DNA from: Bdellovibrionales bacterium
Lineage (GTDB): Bacteria > Bdellovibrionota > Bdellovibrionia > Bdellovibrionales > UBA1609
Assembly: GCA_965200875.1 (NCBI GenBank)
Contig: OZ241456.1
Coordinates: forward strand, 160,001-224,000
Direction: 5' to 3'
Length of the DNA stretch: 64,000 nucleotides
Part shown: in pieces, positions 29,388 to 37,907 of the stretch
Position numbering within the stretch: position 1 is the stretch's first letter
Layout: each line of letters starts with the position of its first letter
Position numbers and translations under genes: made by a program
The notes under the pieces: generated by a model
The model's database searches: none
Told to the model about the DNA's origin: nothing
What the model saw: the letters and a program-made list of their open reading frames with translations, nothing else

Positions 29388-30256
29388 GCATTTTAATTGA
29401 TAAAAACACCAAATTGATTTGTCAGGGGTTTACCGGCAAGCAAGGCACTTTTCATTCTGCCCGTGCTTTGGAATATGGTGCTTTTCTCAAAGGAGGGGTC
29501 ACTCCCGGTAAAGGAGGTACAAGTCACTTAGGTTTGCCAGTGTTTGACACCGTAATGTCTGCTAAAGAGGCTACAGGTGCTAATGCTTCCGTGATTTATG
29601 TTCCTCCGGCTTTTGCTTTAAGTGCCATTTTAGAGGCAGTGAGTGCTGAATTGGATCTGGTGGTCTGTATTACAGAAGGTATTCCTCTCCATGATATGTT
29701 GCAGGTAAAGCAGTTTATGAAAGGAAAGAAAACCCGGTTGATTGGCCCTAATTGTCCAGGTGTTATTACTCCTGAACAATGTAAAATCGGTATTATGCCG
29801 GCTTATATTCACCGCAAAGGACCAGTGGGAGTGCTTTCCCGATCGGGCACTTTGACTTATGAAGCTGTGTGGCAATTAAGCTCTTTGGGCATAGGACAGA
29901 GTACCTGTGTGGGTGTGGGAGGAGATCCCATTCCTGGAACAGATTTTGTAGATCTTTTGAAGCTTTTTAAGGAAGACGAGCAAACGGAAGCTTTAGTAAT
30001 TATTGGAGAAATAGGCGGAGATTTAGAGGAGCGAGTGGCAGAGTACATCCAAAAGGAATTTAAGAAACCGGTTGTGGGTTTTATCGCTGGTCATTCCGCC
30101 CCTGAAGGAAAACGAATGGGGCACGCAGGGGCTATTGTCAGTGGAGGGAAAGGAACTGCCGAGGGAAAAATACAGGCTCTTAAGTCAGCAGGTGTTTTTA
30201 TAGCCAGATCTCCTGCGGAAATTGGTCTTACTTTAAAAAACAAGCTTTTTAATTAG
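29384..30256 (+). CDS. sucD: Succinyl-CoA ligase alpha subunit
   Basis: [34 protein letters not shown]. Confidence 0.98.
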   Translation: MSILIDKNTKLICQGFTGKQGTFHSARALEYGAFLKGGVTPGKGGTSHLGLPVFDTVMSAKEATGANASVIYVPPAFALSAILEAVSAELDLVVCITEGIPLHDMLQVKQFMKGKKTRLIGPNCPGVITPEQCKIGIMPAYIHRKGPVGVLSRSGTLTYEAVWQLSSLGIGQSTCVGVGGDPIPGTDFVDLLKLFKEDEQTEALVIIGEIGGDLEERVAEYIQKEFKKPVVGFIAGHSAPEGKRMGHAGAIVSGGKGTAEGKIQALKSAGVFIARSPAEIGLTLKNKLFN

Positions 30257-30334
30257 TATATATGCTAAGTTCTGTTATTATTGTTGATCCCGGTTGCAAT
30301 TCTGAATATACATTTAAATCAAAGGGGGCTTTTT

Positions 30335-30745
30335 GTGGCTCAAAATATTACTTTTTCCATGATTAAGCCGGATGCTGTTTCCCGTGGCCTGATAGGGGCT
30401 ATCCTCCAGAAACTGGAATCTAAGGGTTTGAGAATGCGGGCAGGAAAGCTTATTCGTATGGATAAAACTCTTTCTGAAGCTTTTTATCAGGATCATAAAA
30501 CAAAACCTTTTTTTGATTCTCTTGTTCAGTTTGTTTCATCCGGCCCTGTTTTTGTAATGGCTTTAGAAGGGGAAAATGCCGTGGCAAAAACCAGAGAGCT
30601 TATGGGACATACAGATCCTTCTCAAGCTCTCCCTGGCACTATTCGATCTTTGTACGGGGAAAATATAGAAAGAAACTCCATTCATGGAAGTGATTCAGAA
30701 GAAAATGCAAAAAAAGAGCTAAAGCTTTTTTTTGAAGAATTGTAA
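30335..30745 (+). CDS. ndk: Nucleoside diphosphate kinase
   Basis: TFSMIKPDAV, SGPV, PGTIR, NSIHGSDS; GTG at 30335 after AGGGGG. Confidence 0.97.
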   Translation: MAQNITFSMIKPDAVSRGLIGAILQKLESKGLRMRAGKLIRMDKTLSEAFYQDHKTKPFFDSLVQFVSSGPVFVMALEGENAVAKTRELMGHTDPSQALPGTIRSLYGENIERNSIHGSDSEENAKKELKLFFEEL

Positions 30746-30820
30746 GGGATATAATTTTCATTTGATTAAAGGGTTTTGAGCTTCTTATGCTCCTTGCAAA
30801 AAAACCTTTTTTATTATTAG

Positions 30821-30850
30821 TTGCGCACTATTTTTAGCCTGTGATATAAT
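30821..30850 (+). promoter_or_regulatory. Candidate sigma70 promoter, probably giving a leaderless mRNA
   Basis: TTGCGC-18 nt-TATAAT with TG extension; ATG 7 nt downstream, no Shine-Dalgarno. Confidence 0.6.
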
Positions 30851-30857
30851 AAAAAAG

Positions 30858-31178
30858 ATGAAGTTTAAAAATATATGGCCTGTAGCCTCTGTTGTTTTGC
30901 TTTATACTGGCTTAATTTTTGGTGGTTTGGCATGGATGTTTAACATTCAAACAGAGCAAATAAATGCCAAATTAGAGCAAAAAATAGGATTCATAAATGC
31001 CAAAATAGATGGAAAAATAGGATTCATAAATGCCAAAATAGAATCTATTCAAGAAACCTTAAATAACCATATCACTGACACAAATAAAAAGATTGATCGA
31101 TTAAGTGATCGTTTTGACAGATTAAGTGTTCGTTTTGACAAATTGTACGAAATCCTTTTGAAGGATAAAGAAAAATAA
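30858..31178 (+). CDS. Small single-TM coiled-coil protein, NHIx(D/E)TNKKI family
   Basis: TM with LYTGLIFG, 3x 11-aa INAK repeats, NHITDTNKKID, heptads RLSDRFD, ends RFDKLYEILLK. Confidence 0.88.
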   Translation: MKFKNIWPVASVVLLYTGLIFGGLAWMFNIQTEQINAKLEQKIGFINAKIDGKIGFINAKIESIQETLNNHITDTNKKIDRLSDRFDRLSVRFDKLYEILLKDKEK

Positions 31179-31204
31179 GTGAGCTAATCCCCCAAATTCA
31201 TATT

Positions 31205-32080
31205 ATGAAGAAAGCGCGAAAAGTATTTCTGATTTTATGTGTATTTCTTGTTTCTTGTGTGTCCAGTGAAAAACAAACAAAAAAAGCGGAACTGCACCAT
31301 CAGCTGGCCATCTCTTTTATGAAGAAATGTCAATACCCTTCTGCTTTGGCGGAACTTAAAAAAGCTTTGAAAACAAAACCAAAAGATCCTTTTTTACATC
31401 ATTCCATCGCTTTGCTTTATTTTCAGTTTAAAGAATATAAAAAAACCCTCAAGCATCTTAAAACCGCTTTGGCTTTGAATCCTGAATTTACAGACGCAAG
31501 GGTGTATTTGGGAAGAAGCCTTATTGAAATCGGCCAGGAAAAAGAGGCCTTAAAGGAACTGGAAAAAGCCCGCAAGGATTTAACCTATAAATACTCTGAA
31601 AATATTCATGCGCATTTAGGGCTTGCTTACTACAAGCAAAAAAAATATTCTTTGGCGGAAAAGCATTTTAGCGTAGCCAGAATCATAAAAAAAGAGGATT
31701 GTTTTCTGGCTTTGTATCATGCTAAAAGCTTTTATTTTCAAAATCAGTTTCAAAAGGCTTTGGAAGTTTTGGAGCCTGCAAAGAAGTGGTGTCAGACAAA
31801 TCTGCCCTTGTGTTTCCCCCCCTCTTTTTCTGCTTATTTTTTTGCGGCTTTGGCTTATGATAAAACTGGCCAAAAGTTGAAAGCTTTGTCCAATCTGAAA
31901 ATTTTTTTGAAAAATGCGGAAAAAAACAATGTATTCTTAAAAGAAGCAAAAAAGCTTATGAATATGTGGCAGGGTTTTCAGCAGGATCCGTTGAGAAAAA
32001 ACCAGGTTCCTTTTTCTAAAGGGCTTAAAAAATCCGCTCAAGGCACAAAAAACTTAATAAACTTGGAGCAATATAAATGA
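31205..32080 (+). CDS. TPR lipoprotein, PilF/PilW/Tgl-like type IV pilus biogenesis protein
   Basis: Lipobox LVSC, tandem TPRs, DLTY...NIHAHLG; lies between ndk and rodZ-like gene. Confidence 0.8.
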   Translation: MKKARKVFLILCVFLVSCVSSEKQTKKAELHHQLAISFMKKCQYPSALAELKKALKTKPKDPFLHHSIALLYFQFKEYKKTLKHLKTALALNPEFTDARVYLGRSLIEIGQEKEALKELEKARKDLTYKYSENIHAHLGLAYYKQKKYSLAEKHFSVARIIKKEDCFLALYHAKSFYFQNQFQKALEVLEPAKKWCQTNLPLCFPPSFSAYFFAALAYDKTGQKLKALSNLKIFLKNAEKNNVFLKEAKKLMNMWQGFQQDPLRKNQVPFSKGLKKSAQGTKNLINLEQYK

Positions 32081-32934
32081 ATTCCAATCAAAATTTGTTG
32101 AGCTTGGGCCAGATCTTAAAGGAAAAAAGGGAGGATCAAGGGCTTTCTTTGCAGAAAATTTCTGAATGGACAAAGATCAGTGTACAAATTTTACAGGCCA
32201 TTGAAGAAGCAAAAGCAGATGAACTTCCCGTTTATACCTACTTAAGAGGTTTTATTTTGTCTTATGCGAAAGCCCTTGGCATGGATGAAAAAGAAATAGA
32301 AAAGGAGTTAAAAACTCTTATCTCTCCTGAGGAGTTGGTTTATTTGCCCGGTGCAACTTCTTCTTTGGAAGCGGAAACCCTGATTGAAAAAGATATGCGT
32401 CTTACGCCCGTGATTTTGGCGATCTCCATTTTGTTTATCATAGGTGGCATTTTGGCATTAACCACGGTTATTTCCTCTTACCAGAAAAGAAACAAGGGGG
32501 CTTTTTCAGAAAAAGGAGATTTAAAGTCGTCTCGTGGAGATTCCAGTTTGGCGGACACTTCCTTTCTCTCAGAGGATTTGGCTTCGAAGCAAAAAGTTGC
32601 GACTGATAAAAATCCGAATGAAAACCCGAAAGAGGCAAAACCTTTGTCTGTCGTTCCCACAAGTGAAGTGAAAAAAACAGCTTTGGAAGTGATTGTTAAA
32701 GCCGTGGGGGATGTAAAGGTATTTTATAGAGTGGACAAAGAAGCCTTAAAGGAAGTATCTTTATCGGAGGATCAATTCGAGGTGTTGAAAGGTATTAAAA
32801 ATATTTTTATCAGGACCGATCATTCAGATTTAATTTATGTTTTTCATAATGGAAAAGATATGGGTCTTTTTGGTTCTGGCGGAGAAAAGGAAAAATATTT
32901 TTATTCCAGAGGAGAAAAGGAAAAATTACCTTAA
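32077..32934 (+). CDS. rodZ: RodZ-like XRE helix-turn-helix membrane protein
   Basis: LGQILKEKRE..GLSL..IS..TKIS...LQAIEE, YLRGFI.SYA..LG, single TM, beta-rich C-terminus. Confidence 0.8.
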   Translation: MNSNQNLLSLGQILKEKREDQGLSLQKISEWTKISVQILQAIEEAKADELPVYTYLRGFILSYAKALGMDEKEIEKELKTLISPEELVYLPGATSSLEAETLIEKDMRLTPVILAISILFIIGGILALTTVISSYQKRNKGAFSEKGDLKSSRGDSSLADTSFLSEDLASKQKVATDKNPNENPKEAKPLSVVPTSEVKKTALEVIVKAVGDVKVFYRVDKEALKEVSLSEDQFEVLKGIKNIFIRTDHSDLIYVFHNGKDMGLFGSGGEKEKYFYSRGEKEKLP

Positions 32935-32956
32935 GACAAAAAAAAGGGGTGAAGAT

Positions 32957-33625
32957 ATGAATTTTGTGGCTTTAGATGTGGAAACCACGGGCACTCTTTC
33001 TCATTTGGATCATATTGTGGAACTTGCGGCAGTGCGCTTTTCGGAAGGGAAAAAACCAGATAGTTTTTCCACTTTGGTTAATCCGGGTGTACCTATTCCT
33101 GAAGAGGCTTCTGCTGTAAATAGAATTACGGATGAAATGCTAAAAGATCAGCCAAAGATTGCCAATGTACTTCAAAGTTTTTCTGAATTTTGCGGGAGAG
33201 ATGTTTTAGTGGCGCATAATGCTATCTTTGATTTTCAGTTTCTTTCTGTGGCTTTGGAAAAATGTCATTGTCCTGCTCCTGGAGGGCCACTTATTGACAC
33301 TTATGCTCTTTCTAAAAAAGTTTTTCCCGGTTTGAGCAATTACAAGCTTTCCACTTTGGTGGAATATTTAAAAATCCCCATCCACAAGTTTCATCGGGCA
33401 GAACAGGATGCCTATGCCTGTGGCCATCTTTTTAATTTGATTTTAAGAAAAATAAACGAAGGTTTGCAAAAAGGAGCAAACCGGGAAGATCTGTTTTATA
33501 CGGCCAATTTCTCCGGTGGAAATTCTCTCCCCCTCTTGGTTTTAAAAAAATTAACTCAGCTGACCGGGAAAAAAGAGCTTAGGTTTCCCGCTTTAAAAGC
33601 TAGGCAACTTTCCCTTTTTGATTAA
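32957..33625 (+). CDS. DEDDh 3'-5' exonuclease (DNA polymerase III epsilon-like)
   Basis: ALDVETTG, VAHNAIFD, HRAEQDA motifs. Confidence 0.92.
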   Translation: MNFVALDVETTGTLSHLDHIVELAAVRFSEGKKPDSFSTLVNPGVPIPEEASAVNRITDEMLKDQPKIANVLQSFSEFCGRDVLVAHNAIFDFQFLSVALEKCHCPAPGGPLIDTYALSKKVFPGLSNYKLSTLVEYLKIPIHKFHRAEQDAYACGHLFNLILRKINEGLQKGANREDLFYTANFSGGNSLPLLVLKKLTQLTGKKELRFPALKARQLSLFD

Positions 33626-35163
33626 AGCCTCGAAGAAAGAGAAAGAGGAATCCGCCAGCCTCTGCCAAAGGAACATTTTTTAATTTTTAAAATCGGAGGA
33701 GCTTGTCTCCTTTTAAATTCACTCTTTAAAATCCTTTGGAATATTTTTTTTTCAAAAAGAGTTTTGGGATCTTGATTTTCCTCTATCAGTCGGTAAAGTG
33801 CCGGGTCTAAAATTTTATAGGAGGGAATATCGTCTTCGTCTTTTTGATTTTTTTTAAGCTCCGCAGAAGCTTCGCGATTTAAAATGCTCTTAGGAACTTT
33901 AAACCAAGAAGCGAGTTGATAAACTTCTGTTTTAAACAGGTCGCCAATAGGCAAAAGCCCTCCTGCAAGATCACCGTATAAAGTGCCATAACCCAGTGCC
34001 AGTTCACTTTTATTAGAGGTGGCTAGTAAAAGGCTTTCCGGATCACTATTGGCATAAGCCATAAGAAGCAGACTTCTAAGCCTGGCCTGAAGGTTTTGTT
34101 TTGTCACATCAGAGAGCGGACTTTTTAAATTTTTTAAAAGTGCAGAATAATAGTCCTCTATGCTTTGAACAATCACCGGCAGTTTGAATTTTTTCGATAA
34201 CTCCAGGACACATTTTTCAGATAAAGAGGAAGTAAAGGGACTTGGAAGAAAAAATACTTTTACCTTTCTCTGACCAAGAGCCTTTCGGGCCAGTAAAGCT
34301 GTAAGGGCGGAATCCACTCCGCCACTTAATCCCAAATGAGCGCGTTTAAAATTATTTTTTTCAGCAAATTCTTTGACTCCAAATATCAAAGCCTCAGCAA
34401 TTTTTTTTTGTTTTGGCAGGCTCTTTTTTGGGGTATATGTTTTTTTGACGGGTAAAACAAAAAAGCTTAAATCTTCCTTAAAAAACGGACTTTGTTTTAA
34501 AAGCCTTCCGTTTTCGTCCAGCACAAAGCTTCCTCCATCAAAGATCAACTCTTCCTGACCCCCAACAGCATTAACATAAATAACAGGGCTTTTTTTAGCC
34601 CAAAGCTTTGCCACCCGGATTCTTTGCTCATTTTTATTTATTTCGAAAGGGGAGGCATTTAGACTGATAATCAGATCTCGTTTTGGGATTTCCCGGAAAG
34701 ACGGTTTTTTTGCCCAGATGTCCTCACAGATTAAAATTTGGAGAGAAAGCCCTTTCCAGCAAAAAAAATTCTCTTTGAGAGAGCCTTTTTTAAAATATCT
34801 TTTTTCATCGAAGACATCATAATCCGCCAGATATTCTTTGGAAAAAACAAGGGGCTTTTGATCTTTTTGCAGGAGAAAAACAGAATTTCCGGGGGGAAAA
34901 CCACCGCTTGCGGATCCCAGTAAGAGTGTCATGTTTTCTGGAACTTGTTTATGAATGGTCTTAAGGGAATTACTTATTTTTTTTAACAGAGATTTCCTGT
35001 GAATAAGATCCAAGGGCGGGTAACCACTTAAAGCCATTTCCGGAAAGACGATGAGAGAAGCGTTTTCTTTTTTAGCCTGGACGACATATTGGAGTATTTT
35101 TTTTTCATTGGAGCTTATATCCCCCATGAAAGAATTAATTTGCGCAAGAGCTATTTTTATCAT
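33622..35163 (-). CDS. nadE: Glutamine-dependent NAD+ synthetase
   Basis: Nitrilase domain (FPEM, FDEKRYF, ICEDIW) plus synthetase (LGLSGGVDS, NLQARLR, NKSE, GYGTLYGD, EFKRRQAP); ATG at 35163. Confidence 0.96.
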   Translation of the reverse strand: MIKIALAQINSFMGDISSNEKKILQYVVQAKKENASLIVFPEMALSGYPPLDLIHRKSLLKKISNSLKTIHKQVPENMTLLLGSASGGFPPGNSVFLLQKDQKPLVFSKEYLADYDVFDEKRYFKKGSLKENFFCWKGLSLQILICEDIWAKKPSFREIPKRDLIISLNASPFEINKNEQRIRVAKLWAKKSPVIYVNAVGGQEELIFDGGSFVLDENGRLLKQSPFFKEDLSFFVLPVKKTYTPKKSLPKQKKIAEALIFGVKEFAEKNNFKRAHLGLSGGVDSALTALLARKALGQRKVKVFFLPSPFTSSLSEKCVLELSKKFKLPVIVQSIEDYYSALLKNLKSPLSDVTKQNLQARLRSLLLMAYANSDPESLLLATSNKSELALGYGTLYGDLAGGLLPIGDLFKTEVYQLASWFKVPKSILNREASAELKKNQKDEDDIPSYKILDPALYRLIEENQDPKTLFEKKIFQRILKSEFKRRQAPPILKIKKCSFGRGWRIPLSLSSRL

Positions 35164-35201
35164 TTTCAAAGTTCCCGGAAAAATTTTTATTTCATAGATT
35201 T

Positions 35202-36320
35202 TTATTTCATAGACTTTTTGACCTGTGTGGTTTGGCTTGCGATCAAAAATACCAAAACTGCAATAACAAGTATAATTAACACCACTCGGAAGATATTGCC
35301 AAAGCTCCATTTGCCTATTTTTACATCCTGAGAAGTTTCCTTAAGCTTTTTTTTGATGATAAAACGGCTGGTTTTTTCTTTTTGCCGAAATGAGTTCTTT
35401 TTTTTGGAGCTTACATTGTTTTCTGCAATCAAGCTTTTTCTTTTTCCTACCTCCTCTTGATCTCCATCCATATAACCATAAGAGCTTATAGCTCTAGATC
35501 GCCTGCCGGAATACCCGGGATTGCTGTTGGTGCTTGAAAGGTTGTTTCTAAAACCTGCCTTCTTTTTTTTCTTTTTGCCTCTTCTTCCTCCACCCCTTGA
35601 GGACCCGCCCCCTCCTTCTGATGTTTCATCTTCTAGAGAAAAGCTTTCTGAGTCATTGACGGAAATAAGGTTGCCGTCAGGGTTATGTGCTTTGTTTACC
35701 CCTCCCCTTTTTCGGGATCTTTTTCCACTTTTTCCTGTGCTACTCTCAGAGCTTTGCGAGCTTGCGGATTGAGGGGTTTCCATACTTCCCTGCCCTGAAT
35801 CTTGGTCTTTTCCTGAACCACCTTCTCCAGCCGTGGAAGATCCCGAGGAATCAGAAGAACCGGAGGATGAGGAAGAAGAGTTGGAAGATCCCGAGGAATC
35901 AGAAGAACCGGAGGATGAGGAAGAAGATCCCGAGGAATCAAAAGAACCGGAGGATGAGGAAGAAGAAGATCCTGAGGAAAAATTTGTTGTTATAGGAGCA
36001 ATTCCCGGGTTTTGGCATTTCTCGTGAGGTTTTCCCGGCAAGGTTCCTGTTTGCAGGAGACAGGCAATGTAGCCATTATCACCTACTATGGAGTTGGCCC
36101 AATTTCTAACTCCTTTATCGTCCTCTCCTCCGATAAACTTATACATAAGCCCTGTGACTATAAAGACCAACACGGTTAAAATCAGGATATATTCCACGAT
36201 GGCTTGGCCGTTTTTAAAGGTCTTTAGGCGGTGGTGGGTGAGGCTTTTTTTAAGCTTGGTGCTTGAAAAAATCCGGCGGAAAAACACATCCGGGTTTATG
36301 AAATAAAAAAGTCTTTTCAT
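35202..36320 (-). CDS. TadE/Flp-like pilin-domain protein with Ser-rich linker and C-terminal TM
   Basis: NG|QAIVEYILIL motif, Cys pair, poly-Ser repeat, basic patches, C-terminal hydrophobic helix; divergent from flp. Confidence 0.8.
   Translation of the reverse strand: MKRLFYFINPDVFFRRIFSSTKLKKSLTHHRLKTFKNGQAIVEYILILTVLVFIVTGLMYKFIGGEDDKGVRNWANSIVGDNGYIACLLQTGTLPGKPHEKCQNPGIAPITTNFSSGSSSSSSSGSFDSSGSSSSSSGSSDSSGSSNSSSSSSGSSDSSGSSTAGEGGSGKDQDSGQGSMETPQSASSQSSESSTGKSGKRSRKRGGVNKAHNPDGNLISVNDSESFSLEDETSEGGGGSSRGGGRRGKKKKKKAGFRNNLSSTNSNPGYSGRRSRAISSYGYMDGDQEEVGKRKSLIAENNVSSKKKNSFRQKEKTSRFIIKKKLKETSQDVKIGKWSFGNIFRVVLIILVIAVLVFLIASQTTQVKKSMK
35836..35979. repeat. 39-bp core tandem repeat (3 copies plus partial) encoding the Ser-rich linker
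   Basis: gaagatcccgaggaatca(g/a)aagaaccggaggatgaggaa at 35836, 35884, 35923, partial at 35965. Confidence 0.9.
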
Positions 36321-36430
36321 TATAAACTTCTTATCGGTAAAAAAAAAAAAATTAAAAGTCTCTTTTTTTATGGGTTTTTAGATTTTTCTTCCGGATTTTT
36401 TTAAAATTAATTTTTTTTTATAAAAAAGAC

Positions 36431-36457
36431 TAAAGTTTTGTTTTTTTTCTCCGATTC
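36431..36457 (+). promoter_or_regulatory. Candidate sigma28 (FliA)-type promoter of flp
   Basis: TAAAGTTT...TCCGATTC with 15-nt spacer after TAAA. Confidence 0.5.
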
Positions 36458-36479
36458 TTTATAAAAAGGAGGAAAAACC

Positions 36480-36668
36480 ATGAAAAAATTAATAAAAACA
36501 AAAGCCCTTGAGCTTTGGAAAGATGAATCAGGCCAGGGAACAGCCGAATATGTATTGATTCTGGTGGGTATCGTGGCCTTAGGTTACGCATTTAAGGAGA
36601 AGCTTGTAGGTATAGTAAAAACAAAAATGGGCGATGTGGGTGGCAAAATAAGTGGTTTTAACCCTTAA
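36480..36668 (+). CDS. flp: Flp family type IVb (Tad) major pilin
   Basis: WKDESG|QGTAEYVLILVGIVAL Flp motif, 62 aa, AGGAGG RBS. Confidence 0.93.
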   Translation: MKKLIKTKALELWKDESGQGTAEYVLILVGIVALGYAFKEKLVGIVKTKMGDVGGKISGFNP

Positions 36669-36680
36669 AAACCTTTACAG

Positions 36681-36762
36681 CTGAAAAGCCAAGTTATTGG
36701 CCTGAAAAGCCAAGTTATTGGCCTGAAAAGCCAAGTTGTTGGCCTGAAAAGCCAAGTTATTG
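36681..36762. repeat. 21-bp tandem repeat, ~4 copies, each with an internal palindrome
   Basis: ctgaaaagccaagttattggc at 36681, 36702, 36723 (one substitution), 36744 (partial). Confidence 0.95.
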
Positions 36763-36763
36763 A

Positions 36764-36814
36764 CTTTTCACTCCCTTAAAAACGGGAATCTTGCTTGGTT
36801 TTAGGGAGATGTTT
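36764..36814. repeat. Left arm of a 51-bp inverted repeat (partner 38407..38457)
   Basis: 36779-36814 is the exact reverse complement of 38407-38442; extends to 48/51 identity. Confidence 0.93.
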
Positions 36815-36864
36815 CATTCTTTTTCCTTAAGAAAACATACTTTTTTACGGAGGACTAATTACCA

Positions 36865-37062
36865 ATGATTACCGCAGAACTTGTATTGTTGTTTACAGTA
36901 TATTTGCTTTTTGTCCTAGCACTTTTGATTGGTGACAGGGGAGCCGTGAACACTTTTAAAGAGAATCTTCCAAAGCTTTCCGCCCGGATAGAAAAACATG
37001 TTGTCACAGGATATGGTTTCACGCAAGAAACCACCAAGAAAGTCAGCTGGACTTCTCCTTAA
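36865..37062 (+). CDS. Small Tad-associated pilin-like protein
   Basis: MITAELVLLF hydrophobic pilin-like helix with Glu near position 5; GGAGG RBS; inside the Tad locus. Confidence 0.7.
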   Translation: MITAELVLLFTVYLLFVLALLIGDRGAVNTFKENLPKLSARIEKHVVTGYGFTQETTKKVSWTSP

Positions 37063-37140
37063 AATTGCTATTGAGGAAATTCAACCAATGCTTTATTATT
37101 TATTCAGATCGGCTAATCAACCAGCAGAAGGAATAGTGTT

Positions 37141-37332
37141 ATGGGTGAAGAAAAGGATAAAGTAAAGTTATTGAGAAAAATAGTAAAAAGCATTGAAGCT
37201 GAGATAGTAAAGCTTTATAAAGATTCTGAGGCTTCTGATAATAAGACAGAGTTAAAAGTTATTTTACAGAACATTGAATCTTTAGAGGAAGAAAAGCGTC
37301 TTTATATAGAAGAGATACATGTACTAAGTTGA
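37141..37332 (+). CDS. Small helical hypothetical protein
   Basis: 63 aa, AT-rich, amphipathic helical hairpin pattern, GAAGGA RBS. Confidence 0.6.
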   Translation: MGEEKDKVKLLRKIVKSIEAEIVKLYKDSEASDNKTELKVILQNIESLEEEKRLYIEEIHVLS

Positions 37333-37368
37333 TGTGCAAGTATGTTTTTCTTTATGGTATAATAAAAA

Positions 37369-37746
37369 ATGAGGGACCTTAAAATGACCGATCAGGAATT
37401 AAAAGTTTTGTTAAATGAAATAGATACGCGGATTGAGAGAAAAATAAATTCCATTATTATAAATCAAAAAGACAAGTTTCAAAAATTATTGGATAAAAGT
37501 ATTGAACAAAAAGTTAAGGCGGAAACTTTAAATCATCTTGGTTTTAAATGGCATTCACTAGTATCTTTTTTGACGGCTCTTGCTCTGTTCTTAGCTGGCT
37601 TTACTTATATAGGTAATTTAAAAATGGAATCAGTAAAAGATAAAATGGAATCAGTGGAAGATAAAATGGAAAGTATTGAAAGAATGCTCAGAGAATCTAA
37701 AAAAGTGACTACATATAAAGCTTTGCAAAAAACCGGTAAAGTGTAA
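37369..37746 (+). CDS. Small single-TM coiled-coil protein
   Basis: Coiled coil-TM-coiled coil with 3x heptad KMESV(K/E)D; TGGTATAAT just upstream; start may be ATG at 37384. Confidence 0.75.
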   Translation: MRDLKMTDQELKVLLNEIDTRIERKINSIIINQKDKFQKLLDKSIEQKVKAETLNHLGFKWHSLVSFLTALALFLAGFTYIGNLKMESVKDKMESVEDKMESIERMLRESKKVTTYKALQKTGKV

Positions 37747-37907
37747 TATTATCCACCGCATCCTCTAGGCGCGATGTGCTCGAAGTCGCATCTTAGGGGT
37801 AGGTTTTACTTAAAAAAGCCTTTGGTTTTATCTTTTTAAAAACAGACTTTTGGTGTGAGCGGAAATTTTCTTGATTTTTCCCGGGTTATTCTGGAAAATA
37901 TTTGTAA

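Noticed and set aside
35521..36027. Repetitive ORFs in alternative frames (EDPEESEEP, KIPRNQKNRR, LLPHPPV)
   Set aside because: Shadows of the Ser-rich tandem repeat in the 35202..36320 gene
36681..36762. Possible CRISPR array
   Set aside because: The 21-bp units are contiguous with no unique spacers, and there are no cas genes in the window
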